From assembly GCA_965197725.1 (NCBI GenBank), contig CBDANQ010000024.1:1-60623 (forward strand): a stretch of DNA of 60,623 nucleotides, given 5' to 3'. This DNA comes from Longimicrobiales bacterium. GTDB lineage: Bacteria > Gemmatimonadota > Gemmatimonadetes > Longimicrobiales > Gaopeijiaceae. A program made the translations under genes and the position numbers. Below, one piece after another: positions 50,643 through 60,623 of this stretch (position 1 is its first letter; each line of letters begins with the position of its first letter). The notes below the pieces were generated by a model that was not told the origin of the DNA, did no database searches, and was given only the letters and a program-made list of their open reading frames with translations.

Positions 50643-51668
50643 GTGTTCATCGACCGGGCGGTTATCGAGGTGATAGCGGGAACGGGAGGCTCCGGATCGG
50701 AGGCGTTCCGTCGGGAGAAGGGAGTGCCGCGCGGGGGGCCCGCAGGTGGAGACGGGGGGAAGGGCGGTGACGTCCTGCTCGAGGCCGACGCGCAGCTCGC
50801 GACTCTGCTCGACTATTCGTACCATCGGCACTACAAGGCGGACCGTGGGATGCATGGTGCCGGCAAGAACAAGACGGGGCGCTCCGGCGACGATCTCGTG
50901 CTCAAGGTGCCACCGGGCACGGTCGCCTACGACGCCGACACCGAGCAGTGCCTCGGGGAGTTGCTCGAACCCGGCCAGAGCATCGTCGTCGCTCTCGGGG
51001 GCCGAGGGGGACATGGGAACACTCATTTCAAGACGTCTACCCAGCCGGCGCCGCGTCGTTGGGAGCCGGGCGGTGAGGGTGAGGAGCGCCGAGTGCGGCT
51101 GGAGCTCAAGCTCATCGCCGACGTCGGGCTCGTGGGCGAACCGAACGCGGGCAAATCGACGTTTCTCGCTGCGGTGACAGCAGCCCGGCCGAAGGTGGCC
51201 GACTATCCGTTCACCACGCTCGCGCCGAACCTCGGCGTCGTTCAGCTGTCCGATTTTCGGACGTTCGTAATCGCGGACATTCCGGGGATCATCGAGGGCG
51301 CACATGAGGGCAAGGGACTGGGGCACCAGTTCCTGAGGCACATCGAACGCACCCGCACTCTGGCGCTGGTGATTCCGGTCGATGCCCCGGACGTCCAGGT
51401 GGAGTACGAGGCACTGCGCTCGGAGCTGGAGGCGTACTCGCCCGAGCTCGCCGTGACACCCCACTGCGTGATGCTCACCAAGACCGATTTGCTGCCGGCC
51501 GACGAGCCGCTACCGGAGCTGGCAGCCCCGGGCGCGTGGGGGGTATTCGGTGTCTCGTCGATCGCCCACAGGGGGCTGGACGAGCTTCTCCCGTTCCTGT
51601 GGCAAGCGAGTCGAAAGGTGGGCGCAGGGGAGACGCCCGACGCCGACGAGCTTTGGTGGGGTTCCTGA
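50643..51668 (+). CDS. obgE: GTPase ObgE
   Basis: MFIDRA, GGPAGGDGGKGG, LELKLIADVGLVGEPNAGKST, DIPGIIEGA. Confidence 0.97.
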   Translation: MFIDRAVIEVIAGTGGSGSEAFRREKGVPRGGPAGGDGGKGGDVLLEADAQLATLLDYSYHRHYKADRGMHGAGKNKTGRSGDDLVLKVPPGTVAYDADTEQCLGELLEPGQSIVVALGGRGGHGNTHFKTSTQPAPRRWEPGGEGEERRVRLELKLIADVGLVGEPNAGKSTFLAAVTAARPKVADYPFTTLAPNLGVVQLSDFRTFVIADIPGIIEGAHEGKGLGHQFLRHIERTRTLALVIPVDAPDVQVEYEALRSELEAYSPELAVTPHCVMLTKTDLLPADEPLPELAAPGAWGVFGVSSIAHRGLDELLPFLWQASRKVGAGETPDADELWWGS

Positions 51669-52753
51669 TGCCAGCCGATCGCAAGGCGGAAGCACGCGCA
51701 CTGCTCGTGCTCGACCAGATACCCGGAGTCGGGCTGAAAACGCTGGCCACACTCGTCGCGCGGTTCGGGTCGGGACGAGCCGCGCTGGCCGCGCCGGACC
51801 GCGCGTTCTCGGTGATCGCCGGACAGCGTGCGGCCATCGCGAGGGGCGACGCTGAGATTCGCGACCGGGTCGCGGCCGGGCTGAACGATGCCGCGCGATT
51901 GAATGCACCCGTGGTGACGTGGTCGGACGCCGAGTATCCGAGCATGTTGCGCAACCTCGCCGACCCGCCGCCTGTACTCTTTTTTGCGCGGTAGGGCCGA
52001 GCTCTTGTCGACCCCGGGCATCACGATCGTCGGTGCGCGGAAGGCAACCGCTCGGGCTCGCGACTTCGCGCGACGGTTGGCGTCCGCGCTCGCGCGTTCG
52101 GGCTACACGGTCCGTGAGTGGAATGGCGCTCGGCATCGACGGCTGCGCGCATGTGGGCGCGCTCGACGCCGGCGGCGGGACCATCGCTGTGCTCGGGCGA
52201 GGTCCCGACCGAGCCTATCCGGCGTCTCATGGGCGAGTCTTCCGGGACATTCTGGCGGCGGGGCTCGTAGTGTCCGAGTTCCTCCCGGGGACGCCGGCGC
52301 TGCCGCACCACTTCCCGCGCCGAAATCGTGTGCTCGCGGCGCTCGGCCAGGCTGTTGTGGTCGTGGAGGCCTTCCGCCGCAGCGGCTCGCTCATTACGGT
52401 GGAGCATGCGCTCGATCTCGGAGTCGACGTATACGCGGTGCCGGGGCCGGTTGAGCAACCGGCTTGTGAGGGCAGCAACGCGCTACTCGCAGACGGTGCT
52501 CCGACCTCTGGTATCGGTCGAGCGGTTCCTCGAAGAACTTGGCGTCGGCTCGTCGGGCGCAAGAGAGCGGCTCCGACCCGGAGGTGCCGAGGGTCTCCTC
52601 CTGGTCGGCCTCGATCGCGGCCCCGCACACGTGGAGGAGCTGGCGGCGCTGGTGGGGTTGGCAGTGTCCGAGGCTTTGGCCCTGCTCGCCGAACTCGAGG
52701 TGAACGGATGGGTCGAGCAACGGCCCGGGCTGCGGTTCGAGCGTGCCTCCTGA
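51668..52753 (+). CDS. dprA: DNA-processing protein DprA (three +1 frameshifts at about 51980, 52112 and 52501)
   Basis: YPSMLRNLADPPPVL, IVGARKA, VSGMALGIDG, HFPRRNR, SGSLIT and a C-terminal wH, spread across successive frames. Confidence 0.9.
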
Positions 52754-53907
52754 TCGCGCACGCGCGGCCCCGACGACGGTGCGCTCGGTCTACGTGCACG
52801 TACCGTTTTGCGTACGCCGCTGCTTCTATTGCGACTTCGCCGTACATGTCAGCAGGCACGGCGACCTGGCCGCGTGGCGCGACGCGCTCGAAGGTGAGCT
52901 GCGAGCGGTCGAGAGGGAGGGACTCTTCACCCTCGAGGACTCACTCCAGACGCTCTACGTCGGCGGCGGAACGCCTTCGCTCTTGGGTGAGGACGCGATG
53001 GAGGCACTCGCGACCGTCGTCGGGCGGCGGCGCCTCGGGAGCTCCGACCTGGAGTGGACGGCGGAAGCGAATCCGGAGAGCCTGAGCAAAGAGTTGGCTT
53101 CGGCCTGGCGCCGGTCCGGGTTGAACCGCCTCAGTATCGGCGTGCAGACGTTCAATGCCGAGGCGCTTCGGTGGATGGGACGGCTGCACGGCGCGGAGGA
53201 TGCCGAGCGGGCCGTCGACGCGGCGAAGGCGGCTGGCCTCACGAACTTGAGCGTCGATCTGATCTTCGGGCTGCCTGGGCGGCTGAGGCGGTCATGGCGG
53301 GACGATCTCGAGCGTGCGCTGGCGCTGGAGGTGCCGCATGTGAGCCTGTACGGCCTCACGGTAGAGGATGGGACGCCGCTCGGACGGGGCCGTGCGAGAG
53401 GGGAACGAGGGACCCATCGCCGAGCAGCAGTACCAGGACGAGTATCTGCTCGCCGCCGAAGTATTCGGAGCCTCGGGATACCAGCACTACGAGGTGTCCA
53501 ACTTTGCCCTTCCGGGCCACCGGTCGCGCCACAACGCGGTGTACTGGGACGGCCGTCCGTACCTCGGGCTAGGAAACGGCGCGCACAGCTTCGCAGCTCC
53601 CGTGCGGCGGTGGAATCTCCGTGAGTGGCCTTCGTACCGAGAGTGCGCGCGTACGGGCAAGGTGCCCGAGGACGACCGCGAGACGGTCAAGCCCGAAGCG
53701 CGTAGGCTCGAACGCCTCTGGCTCGGGCTTCGCACCAGCGAGGGCGTGCCGCTCGTGGACCTCGACGAGCGGCAACGGGGCCTGGCCAGCGCATGGTCGG
53801 ACCGTGGCTGGACGCTGACGTCGGAAGACGCGCTGCGGCTGAATGCAGAGGGCTGGCTCTCGCTGGACGAGCTTGCCGTCGAGCTCGACGATGCGGCCGC
53901 GGGTTGA
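52743..53907 (+). CDS. hemW: Radical SAM heme chaperone HemW (+1 frameshift at about 53386)
   Basis: YVHVPFCVRRCFYCDF, GGGTPS, EANP. YEVSNF, HNAVYW and YLGLGNGAHS are in the next frame. Confidence 0.92.
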
Positions 53908-53947
53908 CGCCGCAATCTGGGACTCTCGATCTTCGGAGATGGGCGGG

Positions 53948-55009
53948 ATGGACAAACGAGAGCTGGTCGGCACCGAACTGACCGACCGAGAACGCCAGGT
54001 ATTGGATGCTGTTGTCCGCACCTACGTGGATACGGCCGAGCCGGCGGGGAGCCGCACGGTGTCACGCAGCTTCAACCTCGGTATCTCCGCTGCCACGGTC
54101 CGCAACACCATGAGCGACCTGGAGGAGAAGGGCTACCTCTTCCACCCGCACACTTCGGCCGGCCGTGTCCCGACCGACATCGCGTACCGCTTCTTCGTGG
54201 ATCGGCTCATGGAACCGGTCCTTATGACGGAGGCCGAACGCTCGAATCTGGAGCGCGAGCTCGACGTGGGGGGGTCCGCGGTCGAGCGATTGGTGCGCCA
54301 CGCGACGCGGGCCGTAAGCCTCCTATCGAACGAACTGGGTGTGGCGGTGGCGCCGCGCCTCGACGATGCGGTGCTCGAGAAGCTTGAGTTGATCCAGGTC
54401 TCGACCAACAAGGTTCTGCTGGTGGCGACGATTCGTGGCGGTGTCGTGCGTACCGTGTACGTCGACCTCCCCGTGGAAGTCCCCGAGAAAGCGTTGGTGA
54501 CCGTAACGCTCTCGTTGAACGAGCGGCTTGCCGGCCTCAGCCTACAGGAGATTCGCAGAACACTGCCGCAGCGCCTGCGGGACTCGCATGGCGGGCAAGC
54601 GGGGGCGGCTGAGCTTCTCAACATCTTCGTGCAGTCGGGAACCGAGCTCTTCGACCTCAGGGACTTGGACGGCACCGACATCCATCTCGGGCACGCGAGC
54701 GTGCTGGCGGCGCAGCCGGAGTTCGAGAGCGGTGATCGGCTCAAGGGCCTCATCGAGCTGACCGAGCGTCGGGATCTTCTCGCACAGACCGTGGGTAGTC
54801 GCGAGCACCGGGGTCGCGTCGTGATCACGATCGGCGGCGAGAACGACAGCAGCGAGCTCGCCGACTTTACGCTCGTCACCTCGGAGTACAGAACGGGCGA
54901 CCTCAGCGGCGTGATCGGCGTGATCGGCCCGACGCGCATGCCTTACGAAAAAGTAGTCACGATCGTGGACTACACGTCGACACTCGTGACACGCATGCTG
55001 CAGAGCTGA
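53948..55009 (+). CDS. hrcA: Heat-inducible repressor HrcA
   Basis: LTDRERQVL, SAATVRNTMSDLEEKG, PHTSAGRVPT, GVIGPTRMPY. Confidence 0.97.
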   Translation: MDKRELVGTELTDRERQVLDAVVRTYVDTAEPAGSRTVSRSFNLGISAATVRNTMSDLEEKGYLFHPHTSAGRVPTDIAYRFFVDRLMEPVLMTEAERSNLERELDVGGSAVERLVRHATRAVSLLSNELGVAVAPRLDDAVLEKLELIQVSTNKVLLVATIRGGVVRTVYVDLPVEVPEKALVTVTLSLNERLAGLSLQEIRRTLPQRLRDSHGGQAGAAELLNIFVQSGTELFDLRDLDGTDIHLGHASVLAAQPEFESGDRLKGLIELTERRDLLAQTVGSREHRGRVVITIGGENDSSELADFTLVTSEYRTGDLSGVIGVIGPTRMPYEKVVTIVDYTSTLVTRMLQS

Positions 55010-55060
55010 TGTTCTGAACCTCCCGAGCCCGAGTGGGGGCGAGGGCTCTGAAGGAAATGG

Positions 55061-56221
55061 ATGTCCGACTACTACAAACTGCTCAGCGTGCCGCGCGATG
55101 CGGACACGGAGCAGATCAAGAAGGCGTATCGAAAGCTCGCGCTCGAGTATCACCCCGACCGCAACCGGGGCTCGAAGGAGGCTGAGGAGCGCTTCAAGGA
55201 AGTCACGCAGGCGTACGAAGTCCTGCGCGACCCCGACAAGCGCGCGACCTACGACCGATATGGGGAGCAAGGCCTCGAGGGTCGGGCTGGGCCGGGCGGC
55301 ATGGGTGGCTTCGATTTCAGCGACGCGATCGAAGTCTTCATGCGCGACTTCGGCGGTTTCTCGGGGCTCGAGGATATCTTCGGCATGCGCGGCGCCCACG
55401 GCCGGCGTACGACATCGCGCAAGGCCCAGACGGTTCGAATCCGGCTTCCGCTGACGCTTCCCGAAGTGGCCCACGGGGTCACCAAGACCTTGCGGGTCGC
55501 GCTGCTCGACGAGTGCGGAAGCTGCAATGGTTCGGGGGCGCGGGCGGGCACCGCACCAACTGTGTGCAGCGTATGCGGCGGCTCCGGTGAAGAGCGGAAC
55601 GTCCAGCGTTCGGTGTTCGGACAGTTCGTGAGTGTACAGCCGTGCCGGACCTGCCAGGGCGAAGGGCGTGTGATCGAGCAACACTGCGACACGTGTCGTG
55701 GAGAGGGGCGGGCTCGGCGCGAAACAGAGATCGAGGTGGAGGTCCCTGCCGGCGTCACCTCGGAGAACTTCCTCACGCTTCGCGGGCGAGGAAGCGTCGG
55801 CCCGCGGGGTGGTCCACGAGGAGATATCGTGGTCCTGCTGGAGGTGGAAGACGATCCGCGCTTCGTTCGGGACGGTCCCGACCTGATTCACGAACTACCG
55901 ATCACGTTTGGGCAGGCCGCGCTCGGCGACGAGATCGAAGTGCCTACCATCGACGGCACCGCGCGAGTGACCGTGCCGGCGGGGATCCAGAGCGGTGACC
56001 TTCTGAGGTTGAAGGGACTCGGCCTCCCCGAGCTCAATGGTCACTACCGTGGGGATCAACTGCTCAGGGTGTTGCTTTGGACTCCTGACGAGCTCACATC
56101 TGAGCAGGAGGAGGCGATGCGTCGCCTCCGTGGGCTCGAGTCGCCCGCGCCAGAGCGTATTCGCCGGCGCGCGCACAAGGGGTTCTGGTCTCGGGTGAAG
56201 GAGGCGTTCTCCGGCGGATGA
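55061..56221 (+). CDS. dnaJ: Chaperone DnaJ
   Basis: DYY, HPD, G/F region, four CxxCxGxG repeats. Confidence 0.98.
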   Translation: MSDYYKLLSVPRDADTEQIKKAYRKLALEYHPDRNRGSKEAEERFKEVTQAYEVLRDPDKRATYDRYGEQGLEGRAGPGGMGGFDFSDAIEVFMRDFGGFSGLEDIFGMRGAHGRRTTSRKAQTVRIRLPLTLPEVAHGVTKTLRVALLDECGSCNGSGARAGTAPTVCSVCGGSGEERNVQRSVFGQFVSVQPCRTCQGEGRVIEQHCDTCRGEGRARRETEIEVEVPAGVTSENFLTLRGRGSVGPRGGPRGDIVVLLEVEDDPRFVRDGPDLIHELPITFGQAALGDEIEVPTIDGTARVTVPAGIQSGDLLRLKGLGLPELNGHYRGDQLLRVLLWTPDELTSEQEEAMRRLRGLESPAPERIRRRAHKGFWSRVKEAFSGG

Positions 56222-56275
56222 GTGACGCGAGCCCTCCTCTTCACTACCGGTTGACCGGCTTCATGCCTATAGCCT

Positions 56276-56701
56276 TCAAGCCGCCTTTCGCTGGATGACT
56301 CTGCGCGCTCGCCGTTCGGCCAGAACGATGGCGTACCACCGATTGACCTCGTAGGGCGAGCGCGCGTCGATGTCGTGCGCCAGCCACCGAACGCTCTCCC
56401 TCAGCTTCAGAGCCGTTGGTCTCTGCGAGGGGTCGGCTCCATCGGGATGTGTCACGATGACGACCCACGGGTCGGCCGCATACAGAGCTGCCCGTGGCGG
56501 CGCCGGACTCCTCCACGGGCCGCACCACGAATCGAGCACTCGGAACACCTTTGGGTGTTCCTCGAGCATCCCGCGTAGCCGCGATTGCTCGAGGCTTCGG
56601 TCGAAGCGCTCGGCGAGGAGCTCGTGCAGCTCGGTGAGTCGGAGGGCGGGGTGCGGGTGTTCGAGCAGAATACGCTCGGCACACTCGATGATCCGATTCA
56701 T
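56276..56701 (-). CDS. Hypothetical protein, possible N-terminal winged helix
   Basis: GGAGG RBS before ATG 56701. The 141-aa ORF fills the dnaJ-hit gap. Confidence 0.7.
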   Translation of the reverse strand: MNRIIECAERILLEHPHPALRLTELHELLAERFDRSLEQSRLRGMLEEHPKVFRVLDSWCGPWRSPAPPRAALYAADPWVVIVTHPDGADPSQRPTALKLRESVRWLAHDIDARSPYEVNRWYAIVLAERRARRVIQRKAA

Positions 56702-56901
56702 GGCTCCTCCGTGGTGAGCGGCTGAGAGGGGGGAGGTGTAAGCTCTTACTCGAGACGGGGCGTCTCCATGGTTCGGCCGGCCACCTGTTGGGACGTCGCC
56801 GGGGCCGCGTCTGATTTTCGCATTGCGCGTGGTCCCTCCCACGCACTAGATCCGTGGGAGGTAACCCAGGACGCCCGACTCGCCGTCTTCGGAGCACACT
56901 C

Positions 56902-57252
56902 ATGACCAACCCCGACTGCCTGTTCTGCAGGATCGTCGCGGGCGAGATCCCCGCCGACGTGGTGCACCGTACCGAGGATCTCCTCGCTTTTCGCGACATC
57001 AGCCCGCAGGCGCCGGTCCACATCCTCGTCATCCCCACCGAACACATCACCTCGCTCGAGGTGGCGCTGGACGGCCATCGGGACGTGCTGGGTGAAATGC
57101 TGCTCGCTGCGCGGGACATCGCTCGAGCGGAGGACGTCGCTGAAGGCGGATATCGCACCGTGATGAACACCGGTGGCGACGGGGGTCAGACGGTGGGCCA
57201 CGTGCATCTGCACCTGTTGGGTGGGCGCGCTCTGACGTGGCCTCCGGGTTGA
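56902..57252 (+). CDS. hinT: Histidine triad nucleotide-binding protein
   Basis: DCLFCRIVAGEIP, FRDISPQAPVH, GQTVGHVHLHLLGGR..WPPG. Confidence 0.95.
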   Translation: MTNPDCLFCRIVAGEIPADVVHRTEDLLAFRDISPQAPVHILVIPTEHITSLEVALDGHRDVLGEMLLAARDIARAEDVAEGGYRTVMNTGGDGGQTVGHVHLHLLGGRALTWPPG

Positions 57253-57344
57253 GTCCAGGCGCGTTGTACTTCTGCCACGGCCTGCTAAGGAGTAGCTTCT
57301 TCCGCCCGACGCACGTCCCACCCGAACAAAGAGGCGGACTACTC

Positions 57345-57785
57345 GTGTCCAGCGACCTCAAGATCCGGCTCAGGGCGGACCTCACGGCGGCCAGAAAAGA
57401 GCGCGACAAGTTGCGCACGCTCGTGCTGTCAACCGTGCTCTCGGAGGTGCGCAACAAAGAGATCGATCAACGCGGCGAGCTCGATGACGACGGCGTGGTG
57501 CAGGTCATCTCGAAGGGCATCAAGCAGCGAAAGGACGCCGCTGACCAGATGCGGGCCGCAGGCCGGGAGGAGCTCGCGACGACCGAGGAGTCACAGTCGG
57601 AGGTCTTGGCTGGATACCTACCCGAGGGGCTCTCAGAAGAGGAAGTGCGAGCGCTCGTGAAGCAGGCGATCGCCGACGGCGCCGATGAGATCGGTCCTCT
57701 CATGGGAGGCATCATGCCTCAGATCCGGGGCCGTTTCGACGGGAAGGAAGCGAACCGGATCGTGCGGGAGGAGCTAGAAGGGTGA
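57345..57785 (+). CDS. yqeY: GatB/YqeY domain protein
   Basis: KQRKDAA, GREELA, YLP, GPLMG, GRFDGK. Confidence 0.93.
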   Translation: MSSDLKIRLRADLTAARKERDKLRTLVLSTVLSEVRNKEIDQRGELDDDGVVQVISKGIKQRKDAADQMRAAGREELATTEESQSEVLAGYLPEGLSEEEVRALVKQAIADGADEIGPLMGGIMPQIRGRFDGKEANRIVREELEG

Positions 57786-57807
57786 TCGGAAAGCGGGTGA
57801 ACCCCGG

Positions 57808-60179
57808 GTGAGCGAGCACGCGCTCGAGGTTCTCGAGTTTGGTCGGGTGCTCGAGTGCGTGGCGGCACGGGCGGCCAGTGACCTCGCCCGCGATCGCGTA
57901 CTCGCTTCGCAGCCAGAGACCGACCCCGCAACGATTTCTCGAGAGCTTGGGCGAGTCGGTGCGGCGATGCGCTTCGTCGAGGAGGATCCGGGCTGGGGCA
58001 TGTTCCCGGTCCCCGATCTGACGAACACGCTCGAACAGCTCTCCGCGGAAGGCGTGGTGCTCGAGCCGACGCAGTTGCACAGCGTGGCGGTTCTACTCAA
58101 CTCGTCTCGCCGTCTCTCAGCGGAGTTCGAAGCGCGTGACGGCCGCTATCCCGAGCTCCTGACCATTGCGCAGTTGCTGGTGTCCCGGAGGGAAATCGAG
58201 GACACGATCGGGCGGTGTGTCGACGCGGAAGGCCGTGTGCTCGACCGCGCATCTCGGGAGCTCAACAAGATTCGTGGTAAGCTGCGAGGTGCGCACGCCA
58301 GAATCGTGAAGAAGCTCGAGGCGTTCGTGACCACGCTTCCCGAGCGATTCGTCGTGGCGGACGGTTCGGTGACGATCCGAGAAGGACGATACGTCATTCC
58401 GGTACGCCGGGAAGGAAAGGGTGAAGTTGGGGGCATCGTGCACGACGAGTCTCAGTCGGGTGCCACGTTGTTCGTGGAGCCACCCGCGGCGATCACTCTC
58501 ATGAACGAAGTGCGCGATCTGGAGCGTGAAGAACGAAGAGAGATCCGGCGCGTACTCGGAGAGCTCACCGCGGAGATCACTCAGGAGGGTGACGCGTTGC
58601 GGGGGGCGCTCGACGCGCTGGTCGATTTCGACAGCCTCCATGCTCGCGCTCGCGCCGCGCTGTCGTGGAGGGCCGAGGTCCCGGAACTCGCCGATACTGA
58701 CAACCCCACGCTCCACATTCGTGACGGTCGCCATCCGCTGCTGTTGGAGAACGACCCGACGTCGGTGGTACCGTTCGAGATCGAGCTCAATGAGGGCGAG
58801 CGAGCGGTCGTCGTATCGGGTCCCAACACCGGAGGCAAGAGCGTCTTCCTCAAGGCGACGGGTCTGATATGTGCGCTAGCGCAGAGCGGCGTGGTGCCGC
58901 CGGTGGGGCCGGGGACGCGCCTGCGCGTCTTCGAGTCGTTTTTCCGCAGACATCGGTGATGAACAGTCGATCGTGCAGTCGCTCTCCACCTTCTCGGCGC
59001 ACCTCGCCAACCTGTCGGCCATCGTGACGGAAGCTGGACCGCGGTCGCCTGGTGCTGATCGACGAGATGGGGACTGGCACGGATCCGGCGGGAGGGAGCA
59101 GCTCTCGCTCGAGCGGTACTCGAAGAGCTGGTCGCGAAGAAGGCGACGACCATCGTCTCCTCGCACCTTGGAGAGCTCAAGCGCCTCGACAGCGACGGCA
59201 GCGGAATCGTCAACGCAATCCTTGCAGTTCGATGCCGACCAGATGGAGCCCACCTACCGTTTCCTGAAAGGGCGCCCGGGTCGGAGCTACGGTCTTGCGA
59301 TCGCACGCCGACTCGGATTCCCGGCCGAGGTTCTCGATCGGGCCGAGACGTACCGCGAGGACGATGGGGCACGCATGGAGGAAACCCTCGCACGCCTCGA
59401 ACACCTCGAGCGGGAAGCGGAGAAGCTCGTGCACCAACTCGATCTGGAGCGCGCTCAGACTGCCCGGCTGAAGAAGGGCATGGAGGGAAGGGAGCGCACG
59501 CTGCGGGACTTTGAGCGCAATGCGGACAGCCGTGCACAAGAAGGGGCTCGTACGCTGCTCTTAGAGGCGCGTGCCGAGGTCGAGGCCGCGATTTCGGAGT
59601 TGCGGACTTCGTTCGAGCGCGGCGCTGACCTCGAGGAAAGCACGCGTCAGGCGCGTCGGCGAGTAGAGCAGGCGGCAGGCCGATACCGGAAGAAGCGTTC
59701 GGGGACCGGAGGCGCGGGACGCCCAGTCGACATCGAGGTCGGCGACCGAGTGCGGATTCAGGCGACCGGAGCACGCGGCGGTGTGATCGAGCTGCGTTCC
59801 GGGCGCGCGGTGGTGGAGGCCGGGGCGTTTCGACTCGAGGTGCCGTTGTCCGAACTGGAGGTCGTCGACGCTCCTCCAGAGCCGGAGGTCCGCGCGGGAG
59901 GGTGGCGCGCGCCGAGTCGAGGCCAAGCGCGGGTGGAAATCGACCTGCGTGGCCTGCGCGTGGACGAAATGGAGCTCGAATTGTCGCGCGCGCTGGACGA
60001 CGCGATTCTCGGGGACCTCGCAGAACTCCGCATCATCCATGGCAAAGGGACTGGTGCGCTCCGAAAGCGTGTCACCGAGATGCTCGACGACGACGCCAGG
60101 GTCGAGGTCCATCGCGGGGGCGGCCCCACGTGAGGGCGGGGCCGGGGTAACGGTCGCGAGCTTCGCAGGTGCTTCGTGA
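57808..60179 (+). CDS. mutS2: MutS2 endonuclease/ribosome-splitting factor (five +1 frameshifts)
   Basis: LEVLEF, GIVHDESQSGATLFVEP, SGPNTGGKS, DIGDEQSI.QSLSTFSAH, LIDEMGTGTDP, and Smr domain IIHGKGTGALR..GGAGVT. Confidence 0.93.
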
Positions 60180-60623
60180 TCCCGGACGATATGGTTGAGG
60201 AGGTGCGCGCCGCGGCCGACATCGTCGATGTCATCAGCGAGTTCGTTCAGCTCAAGAAAGCCGGTCGCGAGTACAAGGCGAACTGCCCCTTCCACGAGGA
60301 GCGCACTCCGAGCTTCTACGTAGTCCCAGCCAAGGGCTTCTACAAATGCTTCGGATGCGGGCAATCGGGCGACGTCTTCTCGTTCGTCATGGAGCGCCAG
60401 GGCTTGGACTTCGTAGAGGCGGTCAAGCACGTGGCGGGACGTGCCGGTGTCCAGGTCCGCGAGGTGAAGCGGAGCCAGGAGGAAGAGGATCCCAACCGGC
60501 CGCTGTATGAGATCAACGGATTCGCGCGGGACTGGTTCCGACGTCAGCTCGAGGATCCGGAGCGTCGGCGCCGCCGCCCGTGAGTATTTGGAGGGTCGGG
60601 GCATCGGCGCGGACGTTGCCGGA
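60176..60623 (+). CDS. dnaG: DNA primase, 5' part (+1 frameshift at about 60560, runs off the window)
   Basis: CPFHEERTPSF..YKCFGC zinc finger. AREYLEGRGI continues in the next frame. Confidence 0.95.

Noticed and set aside
53904..53945. CIRCE operator upstream of hrcA
   Set aside because: Only a degenerate left arm (CTGGGACTC) is present, and the right arm does not match GAGTGCTAA. A TTGACG-N18-GATCTT promoter is possible but weak.
51668..60623. Programmed frameshifting or concerted loss of dprA, mutS2 and hemW
   Set aside because: Multiple +1 homopolymer extensions per gene, no slippery-site pattern, and dnaG is also hit. Sequencing error is simpler.

Overview
A GC-rich bacterial chromosomal segment, nearly all on the + strand. 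Gene content and style suggest Gemmatimonadota (inference). It opens with the tail of a sugar-modification cluster. It then carries housekeeping and envelope operons: bamD-nadD-tsaE-tsaB-rimI-radC, LysM, tolQRAB-pal-cpoB-nrdR-tatC-lptD, ftcD-TPR-ispB-tatA, surA/ppiD, aroQ-efp-accBC-ftsK-lolA-rimO, lnt-rpmE-prfA-prmC-ino1-tmk-ctpA, obgE-dprA-hemW-hrcA-dnaJ and hit-yqeY-mutS2-dnaG. The most unusual signal is non-coding. Three 259-305 bp MITE-like elements (3150-3454, 38102-38372, 41541-41799) share a conserved structured core but have largely different 31-35 bp terminal inverted repeats. Each sits at a stop codon, and two carry nested mini-hairpin modules. Several solo ends are scattered through the window, some matching the ends of the one intact IS1182-family element (about 3455-4953). 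Two genes (comB-like and CMD-like) carry internal deletions that look real. About 15 single-base insertions, 12 of them in the last 10.5 kb and one in dnaG, are most likely sequencing errors. No rRNA, tRNA or CRISPR array was seen.
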